From positions 806,001 through 870,000 of the forward strand of contig OZ237749.1 in the NCBI GenBank assembly GCA_965178125.1: 64,000 bases of DNA. Reading direction: 5' to 3'. A program made the position numbers and the translations under genes. The notes under the pieces are model-generated. The model made no database searches and had not been told where the DNA came from. It saw only the letters and a list, made by a program, of their open reading frames with translations. Source of the stretch: Bilabrum cf. latius (lineage: Eukaryota). Within the stretch, counting starts at the first letter, position 1. Each line of letters starts with the position of its first letter. Below are positions 48,101-61,880 of the stretch, one piece after another.

Positions 48101-51100
48101 GCTTCTTTCCTAGCATCCTCAGAGGGTTAGAGAGCCAGTAGCCGAGCCAGGGGTCTTCTGGATCGTCGCTGCGACCAAAGACCCCACCGAACCAGCCTTT
48201 CGAGCTCGCGCCAGCGCCGACAGCTTTGGCCCCCCGTCTGGCCTTGTGCTTCTTTCCGAGAGCCTTGGCCATCAACCGATCGGCCTCCATCTACTCCAGT
48301 GTGTCTGCTTTGAGCGACTCTTCAAACAGTCGGCGCCACTGTAGCCTGGACGCCTCGGTGCGTGTGTCCGGCGCGATGGCAACTGCTAGGATGTCCCGAG
48401 GGAACGCGTCCTCCTCGTCTAGAGATACCGAGGGCAGACCAGCGGCAGCAGCCATCAGCTGCAGCTTGCTCTTGGAATCTTGTGCGGCCAAGCCACCTCT
48501 TCGCTTGCCTTTCCTGCTCCTGCGACTCTTGGGGCTTGCCCCGTCACCGCCAGCCGCTGCCCTTGCCTCTGACTTGCTGCCATTGGCGAGCGCCATAAGG
48601 TCACGCGATGCCGTGCGATCAGGAGATGAGTTCGACTCGCTTCCAGGCCCGCCTTCATCCTCGGATCCTTTGCCCGAATCAGACTTGCTACCGCTGCTAT
48701 CGCCTCCTGACGACTCGCTGTCGCTCGAACTGCTGCTGGAACTGCTGCCGTCTGACACGACACCACCTTGAGCATTGGCACGCAACCGTTGCAGCCGAAG
48801 CCGCCTTGTTTCGTACTCTCTGGTATGATATTTCATCAGTCGCAGCAGCTCCTTCATCTGGCCGGGCTCAAGGGCGTTGGCCTCTCGACGAGCGGCGGCC
48901 GCTGCGGCCGCCAGCGCGATCTGCTCCACTTGCTCAGCAGCACCCATCGATCGCTGCGAGTCTCCGATACTGCGGCGGGACCGCCTCGACATGGAGTGAG
49001 ACCTGCCTCTGCTTCCAAAGATGTTGGACGCACTGAGGTCGTCCAAGCCCTGAATGGAGCGCTTGCTGGCCATCATCGCTGCACCGCCTACCGGCCTACG
49101 GGCAGCAGCGATGCCCCGCAAGAGGGGCACTGTGAAAACCTGCGGCACGATCACACCTCTCTTGGACACATTGAGGCTAGACTGCTGGGATGATGCTGAT
49201 GAGCATCCGATCGAGCTGTTTGAACCGTGCACGTGCGCGGCAGCATCTGCTTTCGGCCCTGACTTAAGCCGCGCCTGGGGCACTGGAGCTCCGCCAGCAA
49301 GCTGCTTTGCACCAAATATGCTCTTGAAGCGGGGGGCCCTGCGCCTCCCACCGAATCCAACACCGTTACCGCCGTTAAAAGGCACCATGGCCCCGCTGTA
49401 TTGCGCCGGTGATGCTGCTGAAGCGCTCCCTGCCGAGTTTCTCCTTCTCAGCCCAGCAGGCAGCCTGAAATCGCCAAGCAGCTCCTCTTGCTCTCGCAAA
49501 AAAGGCCTCGCCCACATCGGACCGATCACCATGGTCCCATCCTTCCGTAGGAGAGCGTGCTCGACCAGTGCCTCGCGAAGCAGCAGTCTCGGGTTCGGCA
49601 CACGTTGCTGGGGCGATGATGCCCCTGCGGCCCCGAACGGGCGCTGCCCTTTCTTTTGGGGAGACCAAGCGCTGGCCGAGCTGAGGGGGTTTACACGCCA
49701 CTCATCTTTACCGCTCTTTTTTGCTTGCGCATCGGAAGACATCTGAGCTTGGGACGAGCTGCCCATGCCTATTCTCTCCTGCATCCCGGCCGAGCCCTAG
49801 GCAGGTCCAGCCAGTAGCGCCTTGGCCATGTCCCTGGCTCGATCGACCTCATCCTGCTCGGCCTTCTGCTGCTGGCTCCACGTCTCTTCCATCCACTTGA
49901 CGTGCGACCGGCTCAGCCTCGTCCCGCTCTTGCCGCTCGTCATCGTCAGGGCACTCAGTCTGCCCGGGCCCACCTTGCCCACAGACGTCCGCCTGCTGTC
50001 TCCGCGGATCCCCGTGCGCTCCTTGACCAGAGCATTTGAAGGGGTTGCTGCAACCAAATCGCGCTTGGAACCGCCTTGCTTTGCCGACATCCGCCTGGTG
50101 GATCGGGGCTGGGCTAGCAGTCGGCGGTTGTGCTGCCTCCGCTTCCGGTCCGCCCGCGCTGTCCTGGCCGTCTCGTCCTCTCGCTGGGCTTGGCGGTCGT
50201 AATACGACACGAAGTAGTAGATGCACAACGGTGCGCCGCAAAACAAGATAGTCACAAAGGCTGCAGCAGTGTACTTTAGGCACGTGGTTGCGCCCTCGCT
50301 GCACGTCTTGCTGAAGCGGACAAAGCACTCTTGCGCATCATGCACGCAGCCCTCGTCTGGGTTCTCGTTACCTCTGCACCATGTGCGCACGCACGGGCCG
50401 ATCGTCTTGTTGCGCTCCAGTTGGTGCTGCAAACCCACGCACGTTCGAGAGCAGTACTTGTACGCCGGAACGAGCAGGTAGTACAGCAGAAGGATAGAGC
50501 CCACAAAAGCTGGTGCCATCATCTTGAAGGCCCACTTGCCGTGGAAGCTCATCGGAATACTGCAATCGGGGCTGAACAGCTCCACGTTGGCATTGGCAAT
50601 CGAGGTGGCGCTGAACACCTCCACCACGAGGCTAGGCCACTGCACCTGGACAGCGTGAAACACGCTCAGGATCTGCACGAATGATAGGCCGATGGCAGGG
50701 GCAACAATCTTCCTTCCCGTGGGAGCTGCGAAAGCCAGCAAACCGGCGCACGCACCAAGCACGACGATAGCCAAGATGGCCCAAAGCCATGCTGTGGACG
50801 GCGGGCACTGCACGCACCGGCCCTATAGCTCGTAGTACTCGAGGGGCTCACAGGTACCGCAAAGGCGGCCCGTGTAGCCAATCGCACAGGTTGCATTCCC
50901 AGCAAAGTCGCCATCTTCGATGAAGCCAAGACACGCCTCCTCAGGGCTGCACTGGAAGAAGATGTACGGGGTGACCATGTCAACCCAGAATCCTGGAAGC
51001 GCGCGGGGCGGGTCACGGGTCATGCCAGGGCACAGCGCACCTTCGGGACAAGGGAAGCACTCTCCCCCGGGTTCCTACTGGTAGAAGCCCTCTTCGCACA

Positions 51101-54100
51101 GGCAGGCCTCGATACTCGTCGAGGCCAGCAGCAGGGTACGAGAATTTGCGGGGCATGACTGACAGCTCGGCTGGCTGCTATTTGGCTGGAATGTACGCAC
51201 GTCGCACAGTTCACACTCGATCGCGCCGGCTGCACCGGAAAACTGTCCTGGTGGACACACTGTGCATTCGGTCACACCGCCCTCTTCGTTCGAGGTGAAT
51301 GTGCCCGGCGCGCACAGGGTGCACTCCACAGATGCCGATCTGTTTGAAAACGACCCCGGGAGACAATCTCTGCATTGAGGAGTCGCGGTAGAAGACGCAA
51401 ACTTCGTTGGTTCGCATGGAGTACACCTGGTGGAGCCAACGGCAGGGGCGTCATAGCCGGCCTCACATGGCCTGCACGTCTGCTCGCCGTAGCTCGAAGT
51501 AAAGAAGCCAGGTGCGCACGCCTGGCATGCCAGCTCGCCAGGTGACGGCAGTACGCCAGGCGGCAACGTAGTGCGGAAGCCCGGGGGGCAGCCCTCCACG
51601 AAAGTCAGTAGGGTGGGTGCCGGCGCCGTGGCCACCATCTTACCAGTGCCCCCTTCCCCGGTGGTCGCAGACTGCTCAATGTCCAGCAGGCGGACCACGA
51701 CGGGCCCTAGGAATCCCCTGCCCACCGGCGAAGGGCACGAGACCAGCTCCTCAGATTCGAACCGGATGTTGGTTGACGCAGCGCCCTGTCTGGCTTGAAA
51801 ATAGCATTGCATCTAACGCTTGAAGCCAGTCCCGGCTACCTCGATCTCAATCTCTGCTAACTGCGCAACCACGTCTGCAGATATCGAGGCGATTTGAGCC
51901 TCGGTACACGCAGACATGGCACACCTACCCGCATTGCAATTCGAGGCAAACAGCCTGTCGACAGGGCATGCTGGGCTGTTTCCGTCGAGGTTGAATCGGA
52001 CTGGCCACCTATGCCATACCTCTTCTCCTCCCGCCGCGAAGTGTACTGTAGATGGGACGAGAGGACCGGCAAATGAGTTGCTACCGAGGTCCATGTAGTT
52101 CAATCGACCTGGGTTCGCCTGTCCAAGGGACGAAGGCCACAGCTCCTCGCGGGTGAATCCAGGGAAAGGCGCTACCGACTCGTCTTCAGGGCCTCCCACC
52201 TGGCCTGGCTGGTCAAATCCGATCAAGCCAGCGTATGGAGAGTCATCTGGGATGTCATGCACACCGATAGATACGTTGAGTCCCAGTACGGCGGCTTGCT
52301 AGACTCTGCTCTCAAACACGATGTGCCTGGACCGATTGAAGAAACCGTCAGGCAGCCTAGATAGCAAGACGTTCCCTCGCAGGTGCAACTCCTCGAGCCT
52401 GTTGGTGCTGACGAACAGGCAGTGCGGAAGCAAGCCGAACATGCCGTTCCAGTCCAGTCGCAAGAACTCTAGGCCCTCAATGGACGACAGCCGGCACAGA
52501 GGCTCGATGGCCATCTGAGCGGACGCAAGTCGGTTCAGACCCAAGTCGATGTTCTCAAGGCTAGGAAATAAGCCGGCGTCTCCCACTGTCGCTAGCAGTG
52601 CAAGGGCTTCGCGAGACATCTCCAGACGAGGGGTTGACAAAGCTCCAGCGTCTCCGTACCCCGCCAGGTCAGCCACATCACCTCCTTCCAGCTCCTGGCC
52701 AAGCTCAGACGCAGTACGGATCGCTTCGTCGTCCGTCACAGTCAGAGATCCGTCTTGTTCGATCGTCGCCTGCAACAATCGGAAAGAAGCCCTGACGGTA
52801 GACTGAAACCGGAGGTGCCGGCTGCTACTGGCCTAAACATGGTCTGCTATACCCATTGAAGCACGCCAGCCTCCGTCATCCCAACTGTCCTATTCCCACT
52901 ATTCGGCCATGTATCCCCTGCTTGGATTCATTTCGATCTATACAGACTCGAACGGTTTGCCGCCGAACTCGGCGTCGCCTCCCGAGCGACCCGAGGGCGG
53001 TGACACCAGGCTACGCAGCCGGCGCGCCACCGACTGCTGCGGGACACTTACAGACTCGTTGAGACTCACATCCTCTTGTTCCTTCGCGCGCAGAAAGCTC
53101 GTTAGATTAAAGCTCGTCATCTCTCCATCAGCGAGGTACAGGGCTCGCACCGCCCGCGGCCATGCGCTGATGCGGTTGCCCCGCAGAAGTAGGCTAGTCA
53201 GGCTGGGCATCGCAGCTACGCACTCTGGAATGCCAAGGAAATCGTTGTGCTCCGCCTGTAGCGTCTGAAGCGTTGGTATTCTGCATATCGTCCTCGGTAC
53301 AATGCCATCCATTGAAGCATTGTTTACGCGCAACGTCCGTAGCCTGGGGAAGATGCGAGGCTGAGGCTCAACCCAGCTGTAGGGCGTGCCGTCTCCCTCG
53401 CGCTCCGCCATCGCACCAAAACCAGGGTCCAAGTCCGGCACAAACAAACTTCCGGCCTGCTCCAGCGCATCGACAAGCCCTAGTGCCTGTCGGGAAGGCT
53501 AGTATAGTTGCACCATGGGCTACCTAGGAACGGCAGACCCGGGCTCGATAGCAAAGCCCTGCAGAGGGTTAAGCGACAGATCCAGCGATGTAAGGTGATG
53601 ACTGTGCACGAGAGTCAGTGGTAGTCGCCTGCTAGGGTCAGACGGGTCGTCAATTGCGATCTGGTTCTGCCTCAGGTTCAAGATCTGCAGGTTCCCTGCC
53701 GTCTCGTTCTGGACCACATGGGCGGGAATGCTGGAGATCTGGTTGCGCTCCATGGTGATCTAGTACATCCACGGAGGCTGCACGAGCTGCTGAGGAATCG
53801 TGACGTAGTTGTTGTCCGATAGGTCCACCGTAACCAACGCAGGCAGGTGCGCGTCCAGAGTGACTGCAGATCCACCACTGCTTGTGTCGATAGGGCCTGT
53901 AGATAGCTGGTTCCTCCTTAGGTTGAGCGTGAAAAGCCCTGTGAGATTCCTCATGATTAACGGAACATCGATCGCGCAGTCGGTCACGGTCAGGTCGGCC
54001 AGCCCTGGCATTGGTCCCACAAAGTCCGGCAGCCTCCTAAGCTGCAGATTGCCCGAGATCCGCACGTCCACGAGCGCCCTCGCCCCCGAGAACAGGTTGG

Positions 54101-55700
54101 AAGGGAGGCTGGTGAACCTGTTGTTGTCCAGCCTCACGAACCGCATCGAGGGCCTCTGCGTATCTGCAAATCCGGTGGGTATCGTGGCGAGCTGGTTGCC
54201 GTGCAGGAGCAGCTCCTCAACGGAGGGCGTGTCGTCAAGGGCGTTGCCCAATGCCGTCAGTCTCGAATCGAACATATGCACCGTCGAAAGGCTGTGCAAA
54301 GCAGGTGAGGACGGTACTGTTGGGAGAGCCAAAGGCACCGTGTTACCGTGCAAATACAGCTACTCCAGGGCAGTGTTGGTCTGGAAGAAGCACCCGTCGA
54401 TCGAGCTGATCGGGTTGTCTGAAATATTGACGAAGTTGAGCTGGGAGAGGCCACACAGCTCATTGCCAATGCTAGAGATGGCATTCCCGCCCGCAAAGAT
54501 CCGTCCAAGATTCGGCAAACCGGACAGCTACGGAAATGCCGTCATTCCGTTGTACTGGGCGACGAAAGACTCGAGAGCTACTGCCCCGCTGACCCACGAC
54601 CCGATCGCCACGCCTGCACCTGACAGCATCCGAGAAGCTTGCAGCACCCGCAGGTTGGGAGGCGCAGATTGCAGGCCTTGCGGCGCAGACAGACTCACCC
54701 TAGTCCCGCTCACCTCAAGCCTCTCCAGCCAAGCATGGGATGCCAGCTCTGTGGGCAGGTAGCCCCGAACTTCGCTGTTCCACTCTACATCGATCTGGTA
54801 CAGTCTGGGCAGGTCAGCTAGCGCCGCACCGATGTTCTCCAGTTGTCCATGCACCTGCTGATTCCTAATCGAGAGCATTGTCACGTGTGCACCGGCGTCA
54901 ACGTCACCGTGCTCGAAACCGCAGCTGATCCCGCCCCAGTCCTCGCACATGTGCGGCGACTTATTGGTCTGGTTCAGCTCCCATCGACGGACGCCCTCGT
55001 CTAAATTGCTGCGCCAGCGCCTGCGTTCTCCCTGCGTGTTCGTAGAGAGCGCCTGGTACAGCTATACGACGGCATCCCGCTCGGAGTCTTTCACCTGGAG
55101 GTGCTCCACGTCAGCCGAAGGCGAGAGCCACGCTCGCTCGTCGACGGCGCGCCATTCCACGCTGTCATCAACTGTCTGGTTGCGGTACCTCCAATCCAGC
55201 CTCATTTCACCTGGCCCACCGCCGTTGCTGATTTCGCAGGAAATGTGCGCCAGCTGGCCACGCGCAAATTCGTACCAGCCGAACTCTCCCTGCCCAAATC
55301 TTGAATTTTCGTATTCCAACCTGTGGTTTAGCCAACAGCGGCCCCGATCGTCGTGTATTAACCGAAACCTGTACTCACCGTCGCGAGGAATTTGCGCTGT
55401 GGCGTTCATTCTGATCGCCCACCTATAGTTCAACCCCCACGGTCTGTTGTCGCCTGTAGTCCGGAACGAAGCACTCCGATACCATCGTCGTCCAAGCAAC
55501 GTTGTTCCGGGTGATTCTGGCCAAACACCGCTTCCACTATTTGTGCTCCATACCTTAAAGATTGTGCCAAACGAGAGGCCAGACGGTGGTTCCAAATCCA
55601 TCCAATCGACTGATGAGAACGCCAAAGCAGCATGATGAGAGGTCAGAACGCCAACCAAGAGCGTAAACAAATTACACAAGAGTTTCTTGCCAACTGACAT
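45162..55700 (-). CDS. Giant receptor-like membrane protein (3,512 aa): signal peptide, PA14-like domain, LRR N-cap and LRRs, Cys-rich (TNFR/GCC2-GCC3-like) repeats, multi-pass TM region
   Basis: 17 track ORFs share one frame and are joined across >20 TAG codons with no TAA or TGA in the linkers I read. WAIRMNATAQIPRDGEYRFRLIHDDRGRCWLN (PA14-like); SERDAVV*LY...CEDWGGISC (LRR N-cap); many LxxLxLxxN; CxxCxPGxF repeats; hydrophobic TM segments; ends TGA. Confidence 0.8.
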
Positions 55701-55987
55701 GATTCGAAAATTCACAAGTCCCAAGTAATGGACAGTGTCAAGCCCGCTCGTCAACGATGGGTGCCGATGCCATGGAACGCAATCAAAAATCCGATCTCAA
55801 GCGATTATTGGGGCGCCTTCGGTCTTGATGAGACAATTGAATGCTTTGATTGTGGAAGGCGCGCGCGTGGTTCGCAGCGACAGCCTTACTTTACGGAGGT
55901 GGTGCACCGAACAGGCATCCCTGACGGTCGCATCAGTTGGTCGCAAATCTTGTTTAACTTCCACCAAACGGCAATAGTTTCAAAATA

Positions 55988-58437
55988 TCACCCTTGCCGC
56001 GGTGCAGTGTCGTTTATACTATGAAATCCGCTGTCGCTGCGGCTTCCCTCTCCCTGGACCGCAGTCAGCGCCCCTCCAGACCTCCCGCTACTCTCCTAGG
56101 AGAGCAACCCATCCGACGGGCGGAAGCTCCTCCCGCTGCTGCCCGCTGTCATCTCACCACGGCCTCCCTACCCCAACCCAGCAACCGGTTGCGCGCCTGT
56201 ATCCCCACTCCAGCCACCGCCGCTGCCGCTGTTTGAGCCTACACCGCGGGCACCGGCCCTGCCCGCTTCAGCCTTCGACTAATCGCCGCGCTGCTGCTGC
56301 TGCTGCTGGCGCTGCTGACCCCACTCGCCCCCGGAAGGCGCATAGCTGCCGGGCAGCACTCCCATCGAGGCCTGACCCGTAGACTCCATCGTGGTGATCC
56401 TGCCAGAAGCAACCCCTGGCGAGGCCTCGCTCAGCAGCGCCTCCTGGGATGGCCCTTGCAGCCCCCTCCCCCCCCTCGACGGCATCGACAGGCCCCTGCC
56501 CTCCTTCCCACCCATTGTTCCCTGGAAATTGTCATCCATAGCCGCCCCCAGCAGCGCCTCTGCTGCGTGGGGATCCTCCAGCGTCCCCACCACGGGGGCA
56601 CTCGCGGTGTCCTCCCCCCCCTCCATGATCCTGGCGCTGTCCTCGAGGCTGGTTCCCATCGTCTCCTTCACGAAGAACAGGACCAGCAGCAGCCCACTCA
56701 GCGAGAAAAACGTGCAGATAAGGTACATGGAAGCAACACCAGTCCTCTGCGGCTTACCCGTGCCGCCGGGGGCGACCTGGTCAGACACATTCCCGAGCAA
56801 TCGGATGAGGGAGAGAGTGGTCTGGGAGAGGAGCAGCACGCACACCCAGTTCACTGCCATGAACAGCCCGAAGGCCTTGCCCCTGATCTTGGTCGGGATC
56901 ATCTCCGACAGGAGAGTGAAGGTCGTCACGCCGGGGCCCACAGCAAACCCGGCCAGGTATATGGTCACGCATGCCACAGCGGCCCACGCCGCACGCTGGT
57001 CGTTGTTGTCCATCGTGTACAAGGTGGCCGACAGCCCAAGCAGGGAGAGGGTCATGATGGAGTACCCAGCGATCAGCAGCGCCCTCCGGCCCACCCGATC
57101 CAGCAGCCACAGCCCCAGCACGGTTGCTACTACGTTGGCCGCGAAGAACCCCGTGGTCTTGCCTCTGGTGTGGTCCTCCCCCGCCAGCTCCAGGATGGAG
57201 CTCGAGTAGAAAATCACAGTGTTGATCCCGGACAACGTCTGCACGACCATGAGGCCGCACCCCAGGGCCACCACCCCGGCGTGGTGGGGGTCGCACAGCT
57301 CGGTCCATGACTCGAAGAAGCCCTCCTCCTGCGCGCTCCCTGTCCCTCGCATTCGCCTCTCCCTGCGCTCCTGGTCCACCTCCCTCTGCATCGACTGGAT
57401 CTCGTCCGCGATTTCGTAGCTCAGAGGGCGCACGTTAAGCAGGCTGCGGGGTTGTGACGAGCGATCAACTGGAAGGATGGTTGGTTGTGCGGGCTTGGTC
57501 GCAGAGCAAAACACGGCATTCTGTGAGTAGTCGTGTGTTGCATGCATGCGAAGGGGTAGACCCCCGAGTTGAGGACATGGCAAGAGGGGCATGCTCAGTG
57601 CTTCGAGCGATTACACGGCAAAATTACGCGCACAAACAGCAGCCGAGCACACTCACAGCGTCTGCACCTTTCGCCTGCCTCCGCGCTAGCGAAGCAGCCA
57701 CCGAGGGCTCTCGGGGATGAAAGCCCAGGTGGTCAACCACAGAACAATAGGGGAGAGCATCCCGAGAACGAACGTGTATTTCCACCCGCCATCCACGTAC
57801 TCGACGAGCAGAAAACCAGAGAGCCCCGTCAGAAAGATCCCTATCGTGATGAATTGCTAGTGCAAGCCCGTGAGGAAACCCCTGCGGCCGAGACAGAAAT
57901 GGGGTCACAAGCAAGATATCATTTTAAACCATGGTTAATTTGTGCAATTATGTACCGTTGCATGGCTTACCTGATCTCGCACGGTGCCATCTCTGCAAGC
58001 AGAACTGGAGCAACCAGCCCTCCGACTCCACAGCCAAGCCCAGAGACAAAGCGCCCGGCATAAAACATCGGAATGATCGCGTTTGAATTAGCGGCAGCAC
58101 ACAAAATCGTCCCAACTGCATAGAGGGGGGCAACTACCCACAGCAAAGTAGCACGGTAGCCAACCCTGTCTGGGATCACCTGCATGAAGGACCCAAGCGC
58201 AGCCCCGATGACCAGCACGGTCGTGAGCAGCTGCTTCACTTCTACTTCAGCCTTTGGACTGACGTCGAACTCAAGCCCGCCCTGCGGACAATTCTTGTCG
58301 TCATTGTAGCACACCAATGGGTTCATCACTGCGGTGGCCCATCCGCTAGCCAGTGAGCATCCAGTGGCTAAAAAAATTGCCCCTACATAAAGCAAGCTAG
58401 GTATAGCATCTTCGTCAATATTGTCTTGGACGCCCAT
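55988..58437 (-). CDS. MFS sugar porter (GLUT-like), 3 exons
   Basis: DRVGYR, AGRFVSGLGCG, LAEMAPCEIR/GFLTGLH*QFITIGIF, PESPRWL, QTLSGINTVIFYS, LDRVGRR, SEMIPTKIRG, KETMG. Introns ~57970-57883 and ~57657-57444. TAG at 57857, 56279, ~56168, ~56096; TGA at 55988. Confidence 0.9.
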
Positions 58438-58589
58438 GTCTTGTGAGGGCGACCGATTAGGATAGGATATGCTGCAGTTGCCGCAAGCTTGGTGGATTGG
58501 CGCCGCGCGAGCAGCGTGCGGAACCATCGCGCACTGTGTTCAAGCGCCGAAGCAAGCCCCCCTGCTAGCACAAGCCACAGCGTGATCTT

Positions 58590-61500
58590 ATGTCCCAACT
58601 TCCTCAAGATAATGCTACCCAAAGTTAGCTTGGCTGGCATCCGCTTGCTGTGGCTGATTTCGCCTCGCTGGCAGAAGACTTGAACCAGACGCTCGAGTAG
58701 AGGTCTTCGCGATTGAAGAGCTAGGAGCAAGGCAAGGCATTGTTCGAACTAATGGAGACTTTCTTTGACGGGATGATATCTACGTTCCACAATGCTCGCC
58801 ACTGCTCTGCGGCGTGTTCTGAGGGGCAAGGGCAGGTCGGGGAGGTAGCTTACAGAACCGCGCAGGTCCTCGCCGGGGATCTCCGCGGGCATCTGATTGA
58901 TAAGACCCGCAAAGGGCTCGGTTCAAAATTGCTGTGGTATGCAGTGTTCCAGCGAATCCGAGAATTTACTATTGCGACGGTTACCAAAGCTGTCTTGTCG
59001 GCAAGGGATCTTGGCGAACTGCTGCGCTCGGTCTCAGAGTCTTGGACAGACATGAAACTCATTGCAGGCTGGTTCAGGCTACTCTTACAAACACTAGATG
59101 CCGATGTACAGGTTGACGGCGAGCCGCTGCTGAAGAAACAGTCAACTACTGCGCTGCGCGATCTGGACGAAAACGGAGCGGCAGGTGCTGGCGTCCGTAG
59201 CAAAGCACCCAGGTACGCCCATGCTGCCGAGGGTGACCCGTACAACCTAGACAAAGAACCGTTTGAATCAGACAGGCCGCATTCTCCGTGCTCGGTGTAC
59301 AACTGGTGCCTGCGCGCCTTCCGGGCCGGGCTCTTGCCCAGGGGCAAGACCTGGCTGCTGGCCGCCATCCTGGACGGCGCCAGGGCACACAGCCTGGGAA
59401 TGGATGCGACCCACCTGAGGAACTGCGTGCAGTGCGTGGTCGCACTGGGTGCTCTCGAGACCCAAGAAGCGTGCAGGATACGCAACCGCCACCAGATGCG
59501 CCGGTTCCTGGCCTCGCCCACGTGCGTGCGGCACAACCGGCTGCACAGGGAGGAGCTCGCAGGGCCCGTGGCGGAGGCCCTCCTGAGCGATGCGCAGACC
59601 CGGTCGCACGCCTTGAAGGAGAGCAGCAATCCAGTTGAGTTCTGTGCCGCTGTGAGTCGTCCCCCTTTCTCGTCGTCTCGCTTGCCTCAATTGCGCAGGC
59701 CACCAGAGACCGTAGGACCCGCGACCGTGTCTTGTCCAAGAGATGGTTTGCAGCGCATCGATTTTTGTTTGTTTGCAGTTCAGGCTGTTCTCAATGACCG
59801 CAGGCAAGCTCTTTCACTAATGATGCGCTAGACGCGGCTCGCATGTACCTTCACGACTCGGTGGTGACAGACCTCGAGCGGCGCATGCTGGATGCAGTCA
59901 CCCTGCCGCACCTGGACTGGGTGCTCTCTGCACCGCAGGTGGGCCTGCAAGCCATCATACTTGAGGACAAGAAAGACGATGCAGCCAGAATATATGATGT
60001 TCTCAGGCGGATCAAGAGCCCAGAGGCAACTCCTAGGCTAGAGCAAGCCGTGCTCTCTGCCATGACCACTGCCCTGGAGCTGCTGCGAGACGCCAGGGCC
60101 GGCAAGCTCTCTGGCCTGTAGCAGGAGCCCAAAGCCTCCGATGGTACAGATCTGCCCCCGCCCTAGCTCGCATCGATGCGAAGGAAGCACAAGAAAGAGC
60201 TGGACAGGCTGCTATCTTCCGATCCTCCTTTCGTTGGTGAGTTGATTGCAAAGGTGTCTGCCTGGATTAGCTGCTTGGTGCAAAGCCCGCATGTCGGCAA
60301 ACATATCGTCACCAGTACCCGCCCCTGCGTCAATGGGCCTACCCCTGAGCTTCGATCGATTTTCCTCCGCCCCTCTCTGGTCTCCCCTCGCAGGCTCCGT
60401 GGTGAACAGGTACCAGCAGGTGCGCGGGATGATCCACGAGAGCATGGACAAGCTCCAGGTGGCTCTCCGCGCGCTAGACAGGGCCACCGGCCGTTTCATG
60501 GACAAGGATCTAGGCATCCACGGCTGCAAGGTGACCATGGAGCGGCTGACGGTGGACTACATGGACAGGCTGCTGCGTCCGGGCAGCAAGGTACTCGACC
60601 TAGAGACGCAGCTGGGTGACGTGCTCGACCTAGTGCACTGCCAGCCAAGCAAGGACATTTTCCTGAGCTGCTACGGCAAGTCGCTCGAGTCCAGGCTCAT
60701 CTCGAACAACAGCGCAAGCAGCGAGATGGAGAAGGCCGCGCTGGCTCGGATCAAGGCCATCGTGGGCCCGCAGGAGTCGAACCGCATCGAGGCGGTGCTG
60801 ACCGACTTTCAGCAGTCCATCCTCGGCCTCGAGGGGCTGGACGAGGCGTACCAGGCAGCGCTCAGGGAACAAGTCGATAGACCGCAGGAGAGTGGCGCCA
60901 CGGCCACTGCTGCAGGTGCATCGGCGAACGGAGGGTAGCAGCTGGTTCCCATGGAGGTGCGGTGCCAGGTGCTGTGCCAAGCCAAGTGGACCAGGAAGGT
61001 GACTCGGCTCACTCCGCCTCCCTCGCTGAGTGCAGCGGCCGGCTTTATCACGCAGCACTATAGAGGGGGTCGCGCGGACGAGAGGTCGCTGGTGGTGTCC
61101 TTCAACGATGGCTCAGCGGAAGTTGACCTGGTGCTGGGCAAGAGCACGCACACTCTCGTGGCGCAGCCGCTGCTTGCCGTGGTGCTAATGTGGATGCAGG
61201 AGGGCGGCGCCATGTCCTGCGAGGCAGTTGCAGAGAGGAGCGGCATGGACGTGTCTCTCGTCTTGGATCTCGTGCGGCCCCTGGTCTTCACGGTGAGCAA
61301 GGTGGGCAGCAGGTGCATCAACGTGTTCAGGATAAGGCGGTGGGGAGACGAGGAGGTGCTCGGGGACAAGGCGCAGAAGATGAAACGCAACCCCAAGCAC
61401 TTCCAGGCCAAGTCGGAGCTTATGATAAACCCTCGGTTCAAGAACCCTCTGCGCCGAATCCGCATCCCTAGGATCAAGGTGACCTCGAATGAGGAGGACC

Positions 61501-61745
61501 GCAAGGAGGAGGATACGCAGACGCAGTTCGCTAGATCCAAGGTGCTAGAGGCGGCCATCGTGAGGCTGCTCAAGTCCAGAAAGGAGATGCGTATGAATGA
61601 CGTGCTCCTCGAGACCATCAAGCTTGTCAGCGCCAGGTTCACGCCAGACTCTAGGCAGATCCGGGACCGCATCGAGTACCTCATCGACCAGGAGTACATG
61701 GAGAGGGACGAGAGCAACCCCATGGTGCTCAAGTACGTGGCGTGA
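58590..61745 (+). CDS. Divergent cullin-family protein
   Basis: SKDIFLSCYGKSLESRLI (cullin homology); LEAAIVRLLKSRK and IRDRIEYLIDQEYMERDESNPMVLKYVA (neddylation domain). Probable introns from ~59652 and ending ~60393; 6 in-frame TAG (58626, 58698, 58722, 59829, 60119, 60936); ends TGA. Confidence 0.85.
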
Positions 61746-61880
61746 GTTGTTCATGCATGCCAAGGATGATATCGAAATTCACTGTTTGCGTTTGCTTGGA
61801 TTATGGGATCTGGCGCAGCACCAGAGCCTGAGGGGGGTCCATTCCGCAGGCTGCCAGTGGGATCCCATGTCGAGCAGCTA

